The position numbers were made by a program, and so were the translations under genes. Below, one piece after another: positions 41,170-57,426 of a stretch of DNA of 64,000 nucleotides; position 1 is the stretch's first letter, and every line of letters begins with the position of its first letter. The notes under the pieces were generated by a model. It worked only from the letters and a program-made list of their open reading frames with translations. It had not been told where the DNA came from and ran no database searches. Origin of the DNA: the human T2T-CHM13v2.0 reference genome, Homo sapiens; assembly GCF_009914755.1 (NCBI RefSeq), contig NC_060933.1; one strand, written 5' to 3'.

Positions 41170-41950
41170 TGTTTTTCTCCACTGGTTTGAGACATGGGCT
41201 TGAAGTTAAATCAGTAAACAAAATGAACTATGTTTATTATGAAATCTGCTTCTATAGGAAGACCTTTTCCAATGTATCAAATAGAGCTTCTTCTCTATTT
41301 GAATTTTATGGCATTTAATAAGACGATATATTCTTACAAAACCTATTCTTAACAATTACTTGTCTGGTATACAGTAAGCTGTGACTCACAGATGAAGATT
41401 TTTCCATATACAATATATAATGTACAGTAATCACAGGGCTTCTCTGTAGTATGAATAATTTAAAACTGGTTCTGACTTCTGTGAAAAGACTTTCTCACTT
41501 TCAAGAAATACAATTTCACTCGTGTAAATACTGAAGAATACTAAAACCTGATTTCTGTGTGAAGCTACTGCCACATTTGCTCTTAACCCTGTCTCCTTCT
41601 GGTAGAAACTTTCTGATATATTCCAAGTGAAGTGTTTTCCAGTCACTGTTCTTATAGGCTTTGTTCTCCAAATTGTGTTTTTAGTGTATAATGGGATTTG
41701 AATTATTTTTTCTCATGTGTGAATTTACTATGTTCAGGTCATTAACTTTTCAGTGGAAGATTTCCTAGTCATCATAAAGTTTCTCTCCAGCATGAATTTT
41801 CTGATATGTAATGAGGTATGACTTGTAAAGAAAACCCTACCCACATTCAGTACAAACAGAAAATTACTCTCCCTTATGAATTATCTGATGCATACGTAAA
41901 TGTTTGAGTGTATGTTTTCGTATATTTTCTGAATACACAGTATGATTCAC
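41170..41950 (-). pseudogene. Fossil C2H2 zinc-finger array
   Basis: Reverse translation ~41893-41765: MHQIIHKGE*FSVCTECG*GFLYKSYLITYQKIHAGEKLY; also ESEKVFSQKS and an HTTEKP-like linker near 41440-41500. Confidence 0.75.
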
Positions 41951-41980
41951 TTTTTAAAAATTAATTTAAAATGCATTTTT

Positions 41981-42578
<598 letters not shown>

Positions 42579-42667
42579 TTAAAATTAATAAAATAGAATA
42601 AAATGCATTTTTATTAAAATATTTAAACTGTAAAACTGTCTTAAAATAGTTTGCTGTAAATGAACTA

Positions 42668-43012
<345 letters not shown>

Positions 43013-43532
43013 CTACAGTGTTTTCCCTAGTAAAGTCTATATTCCACATGCTTCCAATCTATACTGACCTTTGAGTTCTACTTAACATTTAGCTCTCCCA
43101 ATTCACTTATAGTTTTCCACCATTTATTCCTCAATCAGTTCACAAGTGCCCCTTGAGACGCAAGAAATCTCACAGAAGAAAGTCTTTCTTTCTTCTAGAG
43201 ATTAATACTGTGTTGACAAAAGGTCAAGTAGCTCTTTTATAGTTTCTTCTTTTTCTTGGGAGTATAACATTCTATTTTTTAAAATGTGCCTGAGAATAAA
43301 GGTTGAGAATCACTATCTCAGTTATCCTACTAAGTTAATTTTTCAAACCCTGGGACTCTATACCAGTCTTCATTAACCCCATTTTCTATTAATTGTACAA
43401 AGGAAAAGCCATAGTATTAAAAAAGACATCTGAGAAGCTTTTAGTGAATCTCTTCCATTTGCTAAATTTGGCAGCTACCACAATAAAATCTGAAACCACC
43501 AGAGGTAATTTTCTCTTACGTATCAAAGTTTG

Positions 43533-43537
<5 letters not shown>

Positions 43538-43564
<27 letters not shown>

Positions 43565-43844
43565 GAGATGGAGTCTCGCTCTGTCGCCCAGGCTGGAGTG
43601 CAGTGCTGCGATTTTGGCTCACTGCAAGCTCCGCCTCCTGGATTAACGCCATTCTCCTGCCTCAGCCTCCCGAGTAGCTGGGACTACAGGTGCCCACCAT
43701 CACGCCCGGCTGATTTTTTGTATTTTTAGTAGAGACAGGTTTTCACCGTGTTAGCCGGGATGGTCTCGATCTCCTGACCTCATGATCCACCCGCCTCGGC
43801 CTCCCAAAGTGCTGGGATTACAGGAGTGAGCCACCGCGCCTGGC
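43538..43844 (-). mobile_element. AluY
   Basis: TSD tgtaaaggtt. Confidence 0.92.
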
Positions 43845-44019
43845 TGTAAAGGTTTTAACAAATGGGTGAATGCCTTAAGACTTTTAGCAACAAAAGATTG
43901 GAATAAAGTAATGCTGCAAATCTAAGCATTTTCATTTACAAGTCAGTAATTTTGGAAATTAAGAAAATATATTTTTGGTCTTGATACTTCTTAAATACAA
44001 GTAGCTATCTCAACGAATT

Positions 44020-45745
44020 AAAAACATCTGCCAGTGGCAGAGTAGGTGGTACAGACTAGTACTTCCTTTGGGAACTAAAAAAGGTGAATGAAAATATTAA
44101 ACATATTTAATTTTTTGAAGGCATAAGAAAGCTACCACGGCAGTGAGAAACTGCAGGAATAAAATTGGAGACAAGACATAAAGTCTCATATTTGGGACAT
44201 AATGTCTGAAACTGTTTATTACTAAGAGGTATTTGCTAATTCTGACAGCAAATACTGGGCAAGAGAGGCTGGAGAGAATTTTTGACAAATTCAAGTGACC
44301 GAAGGAGAAATACTAGAATTCAAGTCTTTCCAAAGAGGAGGGGCCTGATGTACCTCCCGAACTCCTAAGTCCTAAAAGTATCCTAGAAATAAGGTTTAGA
44401 TGTTCACATTCTGAACATATAATAAAATAAGATGAGTCTTCTAGAGACTCAAGCCCAGTTTCAAATTATCTTAATACATGACTGGATAAAGGCAATCAGG
44501 GATTACTAGTGATCATAGCCTAAGAAGCTATGTTAGAAGCTATGGCAAATCCTCTCTGGAAGAAGATATTATCCAGACCATCTTATTACCTCTAAAATTT
44601 TAATATATATTGTCTGGCAAGTGATATAAAAATCACCATATGAGGAGATAGGACATCAGCAAAATTCAAGAAAAATAACCATTAGAAAACAGGCCAACAG
44701 AACTGGGTAATAAGGTTATCCCTAAAAGAAACAGAGAAGGAGAATGAGGCAGATGCATAATTTGAATAGATAATAGCTAGGAATTTCCCCAAATGCACAT
44801 GTGCACACACGTACACGCACACGTGCACACACACACCCCAAAACCACTAAACCACAGATTTAAAAAACATTATAAACTCCAAGGAGGATAAATACATGGA
44901 AAAATTACACCTAGGCATATCAATGTGCAACAGTTAAAAAACAAAGACAAATAGATAAATTTCAAAGGAGACAGAAAAGCAGATTGCCTGCAAAGGTAAT
45001 TATATAAAGCTTCTCAATAAAACAATAAAAGACAAACCAAAATAAAATATCATCAAAATACTAATAGAAAACAACTTTCAACTTAGAATTCTATATTCAG
45101 TAAAAGTATCCTTCAAAAATGAAGGCAAAATAAAACACTGCCAACAAATGAAGAACAATTTGTCACCACCAAACTCACAGTAAAAGAAATACTAAAGGGT
45201 GTTCCTCAGTAAGAAGCAAAATAATTCTAGAGGAAAACTTAAAGGACAGGAAGGAATAAAAAAGTAATTAAAATGATAAATATGTGGGTTAATTTAAATG
45301 GATATTGACTCAAATAATGATTGGCTATGTTCACCATGTACAGAATCCAAATATACAAAATTAATACCATATAAGAGACAAATAAATGAAATTATAATGT
45401 TATAACTTCTCCCCTTGTCCAGAAATGTTAGTACTAATTTACATTAGCTTTTAATCCATATGTATATTAGTATCTGACATAGTACATTTAAGGCAAAAAA
45501 TTACTAGAGATAAAAAGAAACATCTAATAATGATAATGTGTCAATTAACCAGGAAGATTACAACAATTCTAAATTGTATGTAAAATCAAAGACAAAATAT
45601 ATAAAGCAAAAATTAGTAGCTCTAAAGGAGACAAATTCACAATTATTTGTAAAATTACAACACAGTTCTTTCAGTATTTGATAGAAGAAAAGACAAAAAA
45701 GTCTATTCAAATACAGAGAATTTGAAAAACAAAATTAATTAAGAT
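44020..45745 (+). mobile_element. Very old L1 (ORF1/ORF2 remnants)
   Basis: A-rich, 'cttagaattctatattcagtaaaagtatccttcaaaaatgaaggcaaaataaa' ORF1 C-terminal motif. Confidence 0.65.
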
Positions 45746-46631
45746 TAGTTTGTAGAGATTGTGAGGAGATAAAAGGAGAAGTCTTCCAAATGTTCAACTA
45801 CATTTTATCTTCTAAGGACACAAACTAAAATTCAAGATGCTTGTGTCTCATGGTAATCTAGCAAGTAACGAACATGTAGAGAATGTACTAACAAAATTAG
45901 TGGGAAAAAATTTTAGGATTTGATATCCATTTTCTTAATTTGTCCTATTTTTCAAACAGGAGTTGGTAACAACAACATCAAAAAAGTGCAGGTTTCTGTG
46001 GTGAAAGCTGAGGATCTAAAGTGCTGCTATCTAGACCTGGGTCCCTGTATCTAAGTTCCATGATCGTAGGGCCAGTTCTAAGGTAATAATATAGACTTTT
46101 GAGAAATAGGCAAAGAGCAATTTCAGACCTCTTGGCTAACTGCTGCCCCAGCATACGCCAACAGATATAACAATAAATAATGGTGACTTCCCAAAGAAAA
46201 TTTTAAAAAAAGTAGAGTCCTTTCTTTCTGTCTTTAGTGTTTTCACAAAAACTGCTGATTCACTTTCATTATAGACCTAAATTGCCCTCTCTTTGCCTTG
46301 ATCTCAGTGTCCTTAGGCTGCTTAGACAATGTAAAATTATCTCATCATACTACTCATTATGAATTTTTGGGGGTCAATATTGAATAGTTGTGGTACCCAG
46401 AACATGAAAAACTCAACAGCCATGAATTTATAAAACTGTTTGCCCAAAAAGTGAAACAAGAAAGACTGCCAATCATCTCCTTGCACATTTACTATTATTT
46501 GCAGGAGCTTGACAACACCAATATCAAGTAACCAAAGATGGCCACTATACATTGCTTAAACACTCTCAAAAGTGTCTCCCCATATGTGTAACTACACATC
46601 AGCTATATGATCCAGATGTTCATAATTCTAA

Positions 46632-48955
46632 CTAGATAGAAGAAAGTTGGCCTTGGTCACCTTCTGAGTCCCCACACCATAATTGTGGCATGGAGCACTC
46701 TACTTCCCCATTGTCAGATTTCTGAGGCATACTGAGTTGTGGCTTCCAGTTTAAGGCTTTCCCCAAGTCACTGCACTTATAGGGTTTCTGTTTAGTATGA
46801 ATTTTCTGGTGTTTAATAAGATTTGATCTGATGGTGAAGGCCTTTCCACACTCAGCACATATATATGGTTTCTCTCCTGTGTGAATTCGATGATGCTCAT
46901 GGAGTTGTGATTTCTTAATGAAAGACTTGCCACAGTCACTGCATTCATAGGGTTTCTCTCCAGTATGAATTCTCCTGTGTCTATTTAAGTGTGACTTCTG
47001 GATGAAGGATTTCCCACATTCATTACAAATATAGGGTTTCTCTCCTGTATGAATTCTCTGATGCATAATTAGTGTTGATTTTCTTGCAAAGGCTTTCCCA
47101 CATTCACTGCACTCATAATGCCTTTCTCCAGTATGGGATTGCTGATGTATATGGAGACCTGACTTCCTAGTGAAGGCTTTCCCACAGTCACTACATTTAT
47201 AAGGTTTCTCTCCAGTGTGAATTTTCTGGTGTGTAAAGAGATTTGATCTGTCAGTAAAAGCCTTTCCACATTCAGCACACCTATAGGGTTTCTCTCCTGT
47301 GTGAATCTGCTGATGTACGTGGAGCTGTGATTTCTTAGTGAAGGATTTCCCACAAATACTGCATTCATAGGGTTTCTCTCCAGTATGAATTCTCTCATGT
47401 GTAATAAAATGGGATTTGTGGAAGAAGGCCTTACCACATTCAGTGCAAACATATGGTTTTTCCCCTCTATGAATTCTCTGGTGCATACTTAATGTTGACT
47501 TCTGAATGAATGCTTTCCCACATTCACTGCATTCATAATGTCTCTCTCCAGTATGACACTTCTGATGTATCCTGAGCCGAGACTTCCAGGTGAATGATTT
47601 TCCACAGTCGCTGCATTTATAAGGTTTCTCTCCAGTATGAATTTTTTGGTGCTTAATGAGATTTGACCTGTCAGTAAAGGCCTTACCACACACAGTACAT
47701 ATATAGGGTCTTTCTCCTGTATGAATTTTCTGGTGTATAATGAGATTTGTCTTGTGAGTGAAGACCTTCCCACATTCTGAACATATAAAGGGATTCTCTC
47801 CTGTGTGAATTCGCTGATGCACATGGAGTTGTGATTTTTTAATAAAGGATTTCCCACAGTCACTGCATTCATAGGGTTTTTCTCCAGTATGAATTCTTTC
47901 ATGTGTGATAAAATGTGACTTCCGGATAAAGGCCTTCCCACATTCAGTACATACATAAGGTTTTTCTCCTGTATGGATTTTCTGATGCATACTTAGTGTT
48001 GATTTCCTTGTGAAAGCTTTTCCACATTCAGTACATTCAAAGTGTTTCCCTCCAGTATGAATTTTTTTATGTATATTAAGGTTTGAATTCTGAGGGAGGT
48101 TTTTCTCACATTCACTGTACTCATAAGGTTTTTCTCCAGAATGAATTCTCTGGCATCTGAACAGATCTGACTTCTGGATAAAGGCTCTTCCATAGTCACT
48201 GCATTTATAGTAATTCCCCTCATAAGGAGTTTTCTGACGGTTTGACTTGAGGGAAAAATCCTTCTCATATTCAGTGCATATTCCTGCATAAACCCTCTGA
48301 CTGCCATCAAGCTGGGACTTCTGAGTGAAGACTGCCTCACATTCATGGCATTCATGCTGCTTTTCTTCAGCACAAATACTCTCATGTGCAAAGGCATGTG
48401 ACTTCGGGGAGAAAACATTTACGTAGTCAGAAAACAAATAGAGGCTCTCTCTAGTATGAATTTTCTGTTGTTGAATGAGAGCTTGCTTATGATGCAGAGG
48501 TTTCCCACATTGGTTACATTCACAAGCAGTCACTTCTGTATGAGAATTCAAATGAGTGAAAATATCACCATCTCCAATAGTCTTATCAGAATTTTCTGTT
48601 GCATTGTTTCTATTATATAAGGTTATGATAGGCTCCAAATTCTTTCCACACGAGTTACAGTTATGGGGTCTTTTTCTTGAGGAAACCAGGTGTGTGTTTA
48701 CATGAACTATTTCCCCAATGTCCTTATATTCAAAGATGCTGTCATTAGCTAGTGTTTTCTTGTTAATGAAGACAACACGACTTAAAGGTTTGTTCTGGTT
48801 TTCTCCACATTTTCTTGTGTGTTCATCGTCTTTCCACAATTCTTCTAAAATGGAATATGGGTCATCTCTTGTGAAGAGATTAATATTAATCTCAGACTGG
48901 AAAGAAACTTCTTCAGACATCCTCTGTTGTAAAGGTCCAAAACCAATGTCCCCAT
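46632..48955 (-). CDS. ZNF484: KRAB zinc-finger protein, last coding exon (15 intact C2H2 fingers plus degenerate ones)
   Basis: Acceptor tttag|at at 48957/48955; [19 protein letters not shown]...GQLSSI*; TGEKPY linkers; matches recalled ZNF484. Confidence 0.95.
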
Positions 48956-49009
48956 CTAAAAAAGAAAGAAAAGATAAGACTGACAAAAAGAACAATTAAC
49001 AGAAAATAA

Positions 49010-49317
49010 GGCCAGGTGCGGTGGCTCATGCCTGTAATCCTAGCACTTTGGGAGGCTGAGGTGGGCAGATCACTTGAGGCCAGGAGTTTGAGACCAGCCT
49101 GGCCAGCATAGCAAAACTCTGTCTCTGCTAAAAAACACTCAAAATATTGTCTCTACTAAAAATTAGCCAGGCGTGGTGGTACATGCCTGTAATTCCAGCT
49201 ACTCAAGTGGCTGAGGCAAGAGAATGGCTTGATGGCTTGAAGGCAGAGGTTGCAGTGAGCTGAAATTGCGCCATTGCACTCTAGTCTGGGTGACAGAGCA
49301 AGACTCTGTCTCCAAAA

Positions 49318-49360
<43 letters not shown>

Positions 49361-49363
49361 AAA
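49010..49363 (+). mobile_element. AluS with (taaa)n tail
   Basis: Alu dimer. Confidence 0.88.
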
Positions 49364-49383
49364 TACAATAGACCTTTGATTCA

Positions 49384-49713
<330 letters not shown>

Positions 49714-49906
49714 CTATATAAATATAACAAATGTACATAAGTATTTTAAATATACATAAATATATAGGTATAATAACTCATTTATATATAATATGTAATA
49801 CAATGATGTAGAGTAATAATATTAATACTAACATTTATAACATGATAAACAATATCATTTAGATGTGCTGTTCTAAGTTCTATATTAATTCACTTAAACT
49901 TTATCA

Positions 49907-50537
49907 CGGCCCGGTGTGGTGGTTCATGCCTGTAATCCCAGCACTGTGGGAGGCTGAGATGAGAGGATTGCTTGAGCCCAGGAGTTTGAGACCAGCCTGG
50001 GAAACATAGTGAGACCCCCATCTCTACAGAAAAATGAAAAAACAATTAGCTGGGCCTAGTGGCACATGCCTATAGTCCCAGCTACTTAGGAGGCTGAAGC
50101 AGGAGGATCACTTGAGCCCAGGTGTTTGAAGCTGCAGTGAGCTCTGATCGCACCATTACACTCCAGCCTGGGTGACAGAGTGAGACTCTGTCTCTCTCTC
50201 TCTCTTTTTTTTTTTTCTTTTTTAAGACAGGGTCTCACTCTGTTGCTCAGGCTAGAGTGTAATGGCATGATCAGAGCTCACTGCAACCTCCACCTCCTGA
50301 GTTCAAGGGATTCTTGTGCCTCAGCCTCATGAGTGGCTGGAACTACAGGCATATGCCACCACAACTGGCTAATTTTTGTATTTTTAGTAGAGACGGGGAT
50401 TCACCATGTTGGCCAGGCTGGTCTCAAACTCCTGACTTCAAGTATCTGTCCGCCTCGGCCTCCCAAAATGTTGGGATTACAGGCGTAAGCCAGCAAGCCC
50501 AGCCAAGACCCTGTCTCTTAAAAACAAAAACAAAAAG
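49907..50537. mobile_element. AluJ (+, 49907-50194; tail after 50518) with inverted Alu (-, 50205-50504) inserted at its 3' end
   Basis: agac(t/c)ctgtctct duplicated around the reverse Alu. Confidence 0.85.
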
Positions 50538-50861
50538 CACTTTATTGTAACCCTTTGCTGTTGGTATTATTATTGTTTCTAGTTTACAGATGAGGAAACT
50601 GAGCCACAGAAGAGTTTAGTTAAATTTGCCCAAATCAAATGTTTAGTAATTGGGGAAGAAGAGATTGCAATTCAGTGCAAATGTAGTAGAACTACATGGT
50701 GAGTGAGGTGTCAGAAGAACAAAGTGATAAACTCTGTGAAAAGAAGTATTTCTGAGTCTAGATTCTTTTCCTTAATCTGTAAATCCTCACAATCTTCCTG
50801 TTTTCTCTTCTCCCTATGATCCACTGTGCCCTAAATACCAATGTATTTATGTTTACAGTAA

Positions 50862-51300
<439 letters not shown>

Positions 51301-51658
51301 TATGGTTCAATTCTTCATCCCTGGTTTGGGGTACTGATGTGATAAATGCATCTGGTAGAAGACATAACAGGAAAGAACTAGACATCAGAAGAGAAGACTG
51401 AAAGTTGTTCATCAAACCTGTGCCCTTCCTTCACAATATTAAGCTTGTAGCCAAGCACATGGCTGCTTCACAACACTAGGTTTGTTCAGCTTCATTTGTC
51501 ACTAGGTGGCACTGAGTAACTCTTTTTCACTCATCAGTGGAAGTGATAAGGCCAATGTCTTAAGAAAGTGGGTTTGTCTCCTACAAACCTCTTCTTTTCC
51601 CACCAGTATATTCCAACTTGGCAGCACCCAGTTCTATGAAGCTGGCAATGCCCTAGGG

Positions 51659-51969
51659 CAGGGGTCAGAAAACTGAAGCCCTTGGGCCAAATCCAGGCCT
51701 CTATCCAAAAGCTAACAATGTATTTTACATTTTTAAATGGTCAAAAAATTAAAAGAAGAATACTACTTCACGACATATGAAAATTATATGAAATTCAAAT
51801 TTCAGTGTCCATAAAGTTTTTATTGGAACACAGCCACACCCATACATTGATGTATTGTCTATAGCTGCTTTGGGGCTACAACTGCAGAAATAAGCAGTTG
51901 TGACAGTAGCCATATGGTCCACAAAGCCTATTTACTTTTGTGCCTTTACAAAAAATTTGTCAGCCCTTG
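51659..51969. mobile_element. hAT-Charlie MITE (MER58B/MER33-like)
   Basis: cagggg...cccttg termini; perfect 8-bp TSD ccctaggg at 51651-51658 and 51970-51977. Confidence 0.8.
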
Positions 51970-52649
51970 CCCTAGGGGATGGTGGTACAATGACTTTCTA
52001 GAAACTTTGTCCCTGAACGGCCATGGAAACAGAGTTGCCCGGTGTTATGGCCATCGAAAAGGGACTAACACACATCTTTCCATTAGTCACTGCAGTCTAT
52101 TTTATCAATGAACCCAAACATACAGTCTTTTCATTTTCTCCATTTAAGCTTCCTTTTTCTGATCTTTTGTTTCTATCAAAAATTCATTGTTCTTCATTAA
52201 TCATTTGGGGTTCTCTGCTTTAAAAGCTAATTTCAAATTTCACCACAACTCTAGAGAGGCTCTCTTTTAACTTAAAAACAAACAACAAAAAGGTACTCTG
52301 AACCACTCATATTTATATTTGAATTGGCATAGATGTGCACGTTAACAAAAGTGTAATGCACAAAGACTGAAATTTTCAAGATTTCATGCAGTTATCCTCT
52401 TTCCAATTAGTTTTTCTAGCCCTTTGAATTGCTCCTAAAAGAAAAATTTTAAAATCTTTCTGAAATAGAGCAAAACGACCTCCTCTGCTTATAACACAAA
52501 TTCAGGAATTTAATTTCACTATTTTCTACAGAAACTTTGCATTTTAATGTACAAGAGTAAAAGCCTCAGTTATCATGTAATTTAATGTAGGTTTCTCTGA
52601 ATTTCTGGAGGTTGTATGCTGCAATAGGTCAAATTCAAGGAGTAAGTGA

Positions 52650-53240
<591 letters not shown>

Positions 53241-54208
53241 AAAATATGTGTATTATTTGAATACGCAGATAGATAACATAATAATCAAAGGGCTCGATGA
53301 AAAGGGAGAATTAAAGAAAATCTTAAAATAGGATAGAAATGGTTATAGAAAACAGGGACAAATGTGAATTGCAAATATGAGGCCATATTCTTTCTCTAGC
53401 TTACAAACCTACTGAGAGGAGAATCTGTCACATGTTAGATATTAAGTAGTAACTTTAGTTTTCTTCCATGTAGCTATGACAGGATAAACACAGCACACAA
53501 TGTTTTAAGTAGTGAAATCTATCAGCAGCATCTGAGATGAAATAGTGAAAAAGAAAGAATGGGATTATCACATACAAATAGGATTAGAATAATCTAGGCA
53601 TGAGAAAACACAGACATGGTTGTAGGTGATATGACTGGGAGGTAAGAAAGAGGCTTTTGTAAATGAGAAAAATAAGTAGAAAAGCAGAATGAATTATCTG
53701 AGAAGATGGATTAGAGGGAAAAGTAAAAAAACTCCAAGAGAAGATGACAACATTTTGAAAGGCAAGCCACCTGCTTTTACATGCTACATTGTATCTTGTC
53801 TTCCTTCACACAAACAGCCAGACCCTTAAATGCAAACAGTATTGGTCTTTCCCCTGAGTGCTGTATACAATAGGGCCAATGCCTGACTGAGACACACAAA
53901 TAACAGTCACAGAGTAAAAGTTGTTCCCATGAGCCAATTATCACTCAGAGCTTATGCTGCAGCTGAGACACATAATCTAAGACACAGATTATGCTGGGCT
54001 GAGACACATGGACCTGGGCAACTTTAAGGAGGGCCCAAAGCCCTTACACCTGCCTCTAAATGTCCATGATAACTTCTAATGTAGGTTAGTTATGTATAGG
54101 ACAGAGGCAAAGTGCATACTTGCCAGCAGGCAGTATAACCAGTTGGGAAGAGGAGAAAGACCCCTGTGGGGGTGGTCATTGCCTTGACATCCTGCTTATT
54201 GCCCCAGC

Positions 54209-54560
54209 TGTAAATGACCTGCAAGGAGAAATGGACCCCACCCCAAACTTGGTTCAGATGTCAAGAGTGACGATGAGACACACACAATAAGAGGGTGTAA
54301 AAAGATTTGTTACTCACATAATGAGGCTTTCTGGGGACAGCTCCAAGCAGGTCCAGATGGGGCTAGAGTGAGCAAGGAAAGGACTGTCTTGGGAGTTTAT
54401 GGCAGGGGCGGGTGGGGCTGGGCTAACTATTCCCTTATGTAGTTGGAATTTCCCAGCAACAATGGAGGGAACTCATGGGCTTTTTTCTCAGTTTGTCCAG
54501 GAAAAAAAGAGAGAGAGATGAGGCTTAGAAAACATCAGCAGTTGAACATCAAAAATGAAG
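54209..54560. mobile_element. Probable old LTR fragment (family uncertain)
   Basis: Begins TGT; LTR-like composition by recall. Confidence 0.3.
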
Positions 54561-54839
54561 GATACAGAATGAGATGTTCAAAGTATTTTATTAGGGAAAT
54601 ACAAATTAAATAATAATTAGAAATTAAAACCCATCAGATTAGCCAAAATATTAAAAATTTGGATAATACTAGGTATGGGTAGGGATGTGGGGAACTAATA
54701 CCCTTGTACAAAGTTCCAGGGACCGTAGAGTGACACAGCCAATCTGGAAAATAATGTGCTTATACCTCATCATATTCAATATTAGTATGCCCAATGATAA
54801 AGCAATCCCACTCCTCTTCCTTAAGAAATTCTCATTTCC

Positions 54840-55164
<325 letters not shown>

Positions 55165-56214
55165 TCATGAAGAAATGTATTGCAGTACTGTTTGTAGTAG
55201 CTGAAAAACTGGACAAGTAAAATGGGGTATATATGTGCACTACAGAATGATATGTAGAAATTAGAATAATGCACTGCAACATGGACCAATTTGAGAAAAA
55301 AAAACTTGAGTAGGATATATAATACAGTACCATTTCTACAAATTAACAATGCCAACAACTCAGATTTTATAAATATCCCACAAATTCAAGGATAAATGGC
55401 ATAACATGTCAAATATATTAGAACAGTTGCCTCTTGGAAGGATAAAAATGAGTATGGAGACTGAGGATTAAAAAGAATAAATAAGAGGGGAGCCTTAAAC
55501 ACATTGATGATGATATTGACTAAAAACTAAGGCTATAATTATTAACTCAATCTTCTGTACAGGATATACCTGTACACTAGATAAAAAACTTTGTGTAAGA
55601 TATGAAAATAAATAAATTAGAAAGATCAAGTCAGTGTTGCGTTGCACTAGCCAAGTAGGAAGAAAATGTCAATGGTACTCTCAAAGTCAACAATCAGAGA
55701 AGAGGCATGGGGGGACTTCAGACAAGCCCATCTCTAGATGACAATTGTGAGGCACTAAGGGGAAAGAGACAAAATGAGAAGAAACAGCAGGAGCTGAAGT
55801 TGTAATGCATAGTAATGTTTTCAGAAGGTAGATCTATGAGTATTTGAATGCATAAGGAAATGATCTAAGACCTTGATGGAGGTAGAAAGAATAAAACTTT
55901 TCTAGGGAAAGAGAGAAAAAAGCAAGAAAACAGGACCCTAGAAAGTAGAGTGTGACATGATCCAAAGAACCAGTAATTGTAGCATATTCCCTCCTAAAAA
56001 GCCAAGCAAAGAAGAAGGCATTGATATGAGAAGGGATCTTAAGTGGGGTTAGCATTTAGCTATCCAAGGGTCCTTGTCTAATAACTGCTCTTCCAAGCAG
56101 TTCTAAAAGTCATTATTAATGACACATCAAAGTTGGGCAAAGTTGGGCACAGCTTCTCCCAGTACAAATGCAGCTGAGTCATACTGTCTACCATGCTCTT
56201 GGTTCCCTTCTCAC

Positions 56215-56307
56215 CTGGACGGCTCTGACTGGGGATCTCACCATCCAACATACATGGCTCTTCTTGTTCCAAGCTGAAGATGACTTCTGGTTTGGGAACT
56301 TGACATC
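56215..56307 (-). CDS. ZNF484: ZNF484 KRAB-B exon (93 nt)
   Basis: cag|GA..CQVPKPEVIFSLEQEEPCMLDGEIPSQSRP..ccag|gtga; phase joins the finger exon. Confidence 0.93.
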
Positions 56308-56557
56308 CTGTTAACAGGGGATGATAGAGGACTTGATTTCAGAGGCCATACAATGAAGCATTCCATTTTTTTCCCAAAAAAGTTCACTGGGAACAGAGGA
56401 ATATTCACACTACCCGAAAGAGATTATTAAGAACATGGGACAAAATAAGGACAAAACCATTACACACTTTAGATGTCCTGCAGTCTTTAGAAGTCCCACA
56501 TACCTCAGAAAACACAGACTTCAGCAATTCTACTGAGAAGAAAAATATACTCAATTA

Positions 56558-56725
<168 letters not shown>

Positions 56726-57133
56726 TTAAAAAAAAAAACAAACTTTAAAATAATTTTTTAAAGAATATATTTGAATTCAAAAAAAAAAACCTTTCAATGT
56801 GAAGGATCGAGATTACAGAATGGAAACAAGATAGGACCTTATTTTTAATGTGATACAATATACTATAAAGAACTTCTACAATTCAATGACAACGAACAAA
56901 ATAATTTTAAAAATGGGTAAAAAGCTGAAATAGACATTTCTGCAAGGAAGATATACAAATATTTAACAAGCACATGTAAAGATGCTCAACGTCATTAATC
57001 ACTAGGGAAATGCAAATTAAAACTACAAGATATTACCTCACACCCATCTGGATGATAAAGAAAATGTCTAAAATTGATTATAATGATGGCTGTACAACTG
57101 AGTGAATACACTAAAAATCAATACATGGTACAC

Positions 57134-57426
57134 TTTTTTTTTGAGACAGAGTCTCGCTCAGTCGCCCAGGCTGGAGTGCAGTGGCTCGATCTCCACTCAC
57201 CGCAAGCTCTGCCTCCTGGGTTCACGCCATTCTCCTGCCTCAGCCTCCTGAGTAGCTGGGACTACAGGCGCCCGCCACCACGCCCAGCTAATTTTTAAAA
57301 ATTTTTTTAGTAGAGACGGGGTTTCACCGTGTTAGCCAGGATGGTCTCGATCTCCTGACCTCGTGATCCGCCCGCCTCAGCCTCCCAAAGTGCTGGGATT
57401 ACAGGCATGAGCCACGACACCCAGCC
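57134..57426 (-). mobile_element. AluY within an old L1 fragment (~56860-57465)
   Basis: TSD atggtacacttt. Confidence 0.9.

Noticed and set aside
46751-48418. Alternative-frame ORFs (ERNP.NAV motifs) in the finger exon
   Set aside because: Usual off-frame shadow of C2H2 arrays
48956-48995. N-terminus of the 787-aa ORF ([13 protein letters not shown])
   Set aside because: Intron polypyrimidine tract; the real exon starts at 48955
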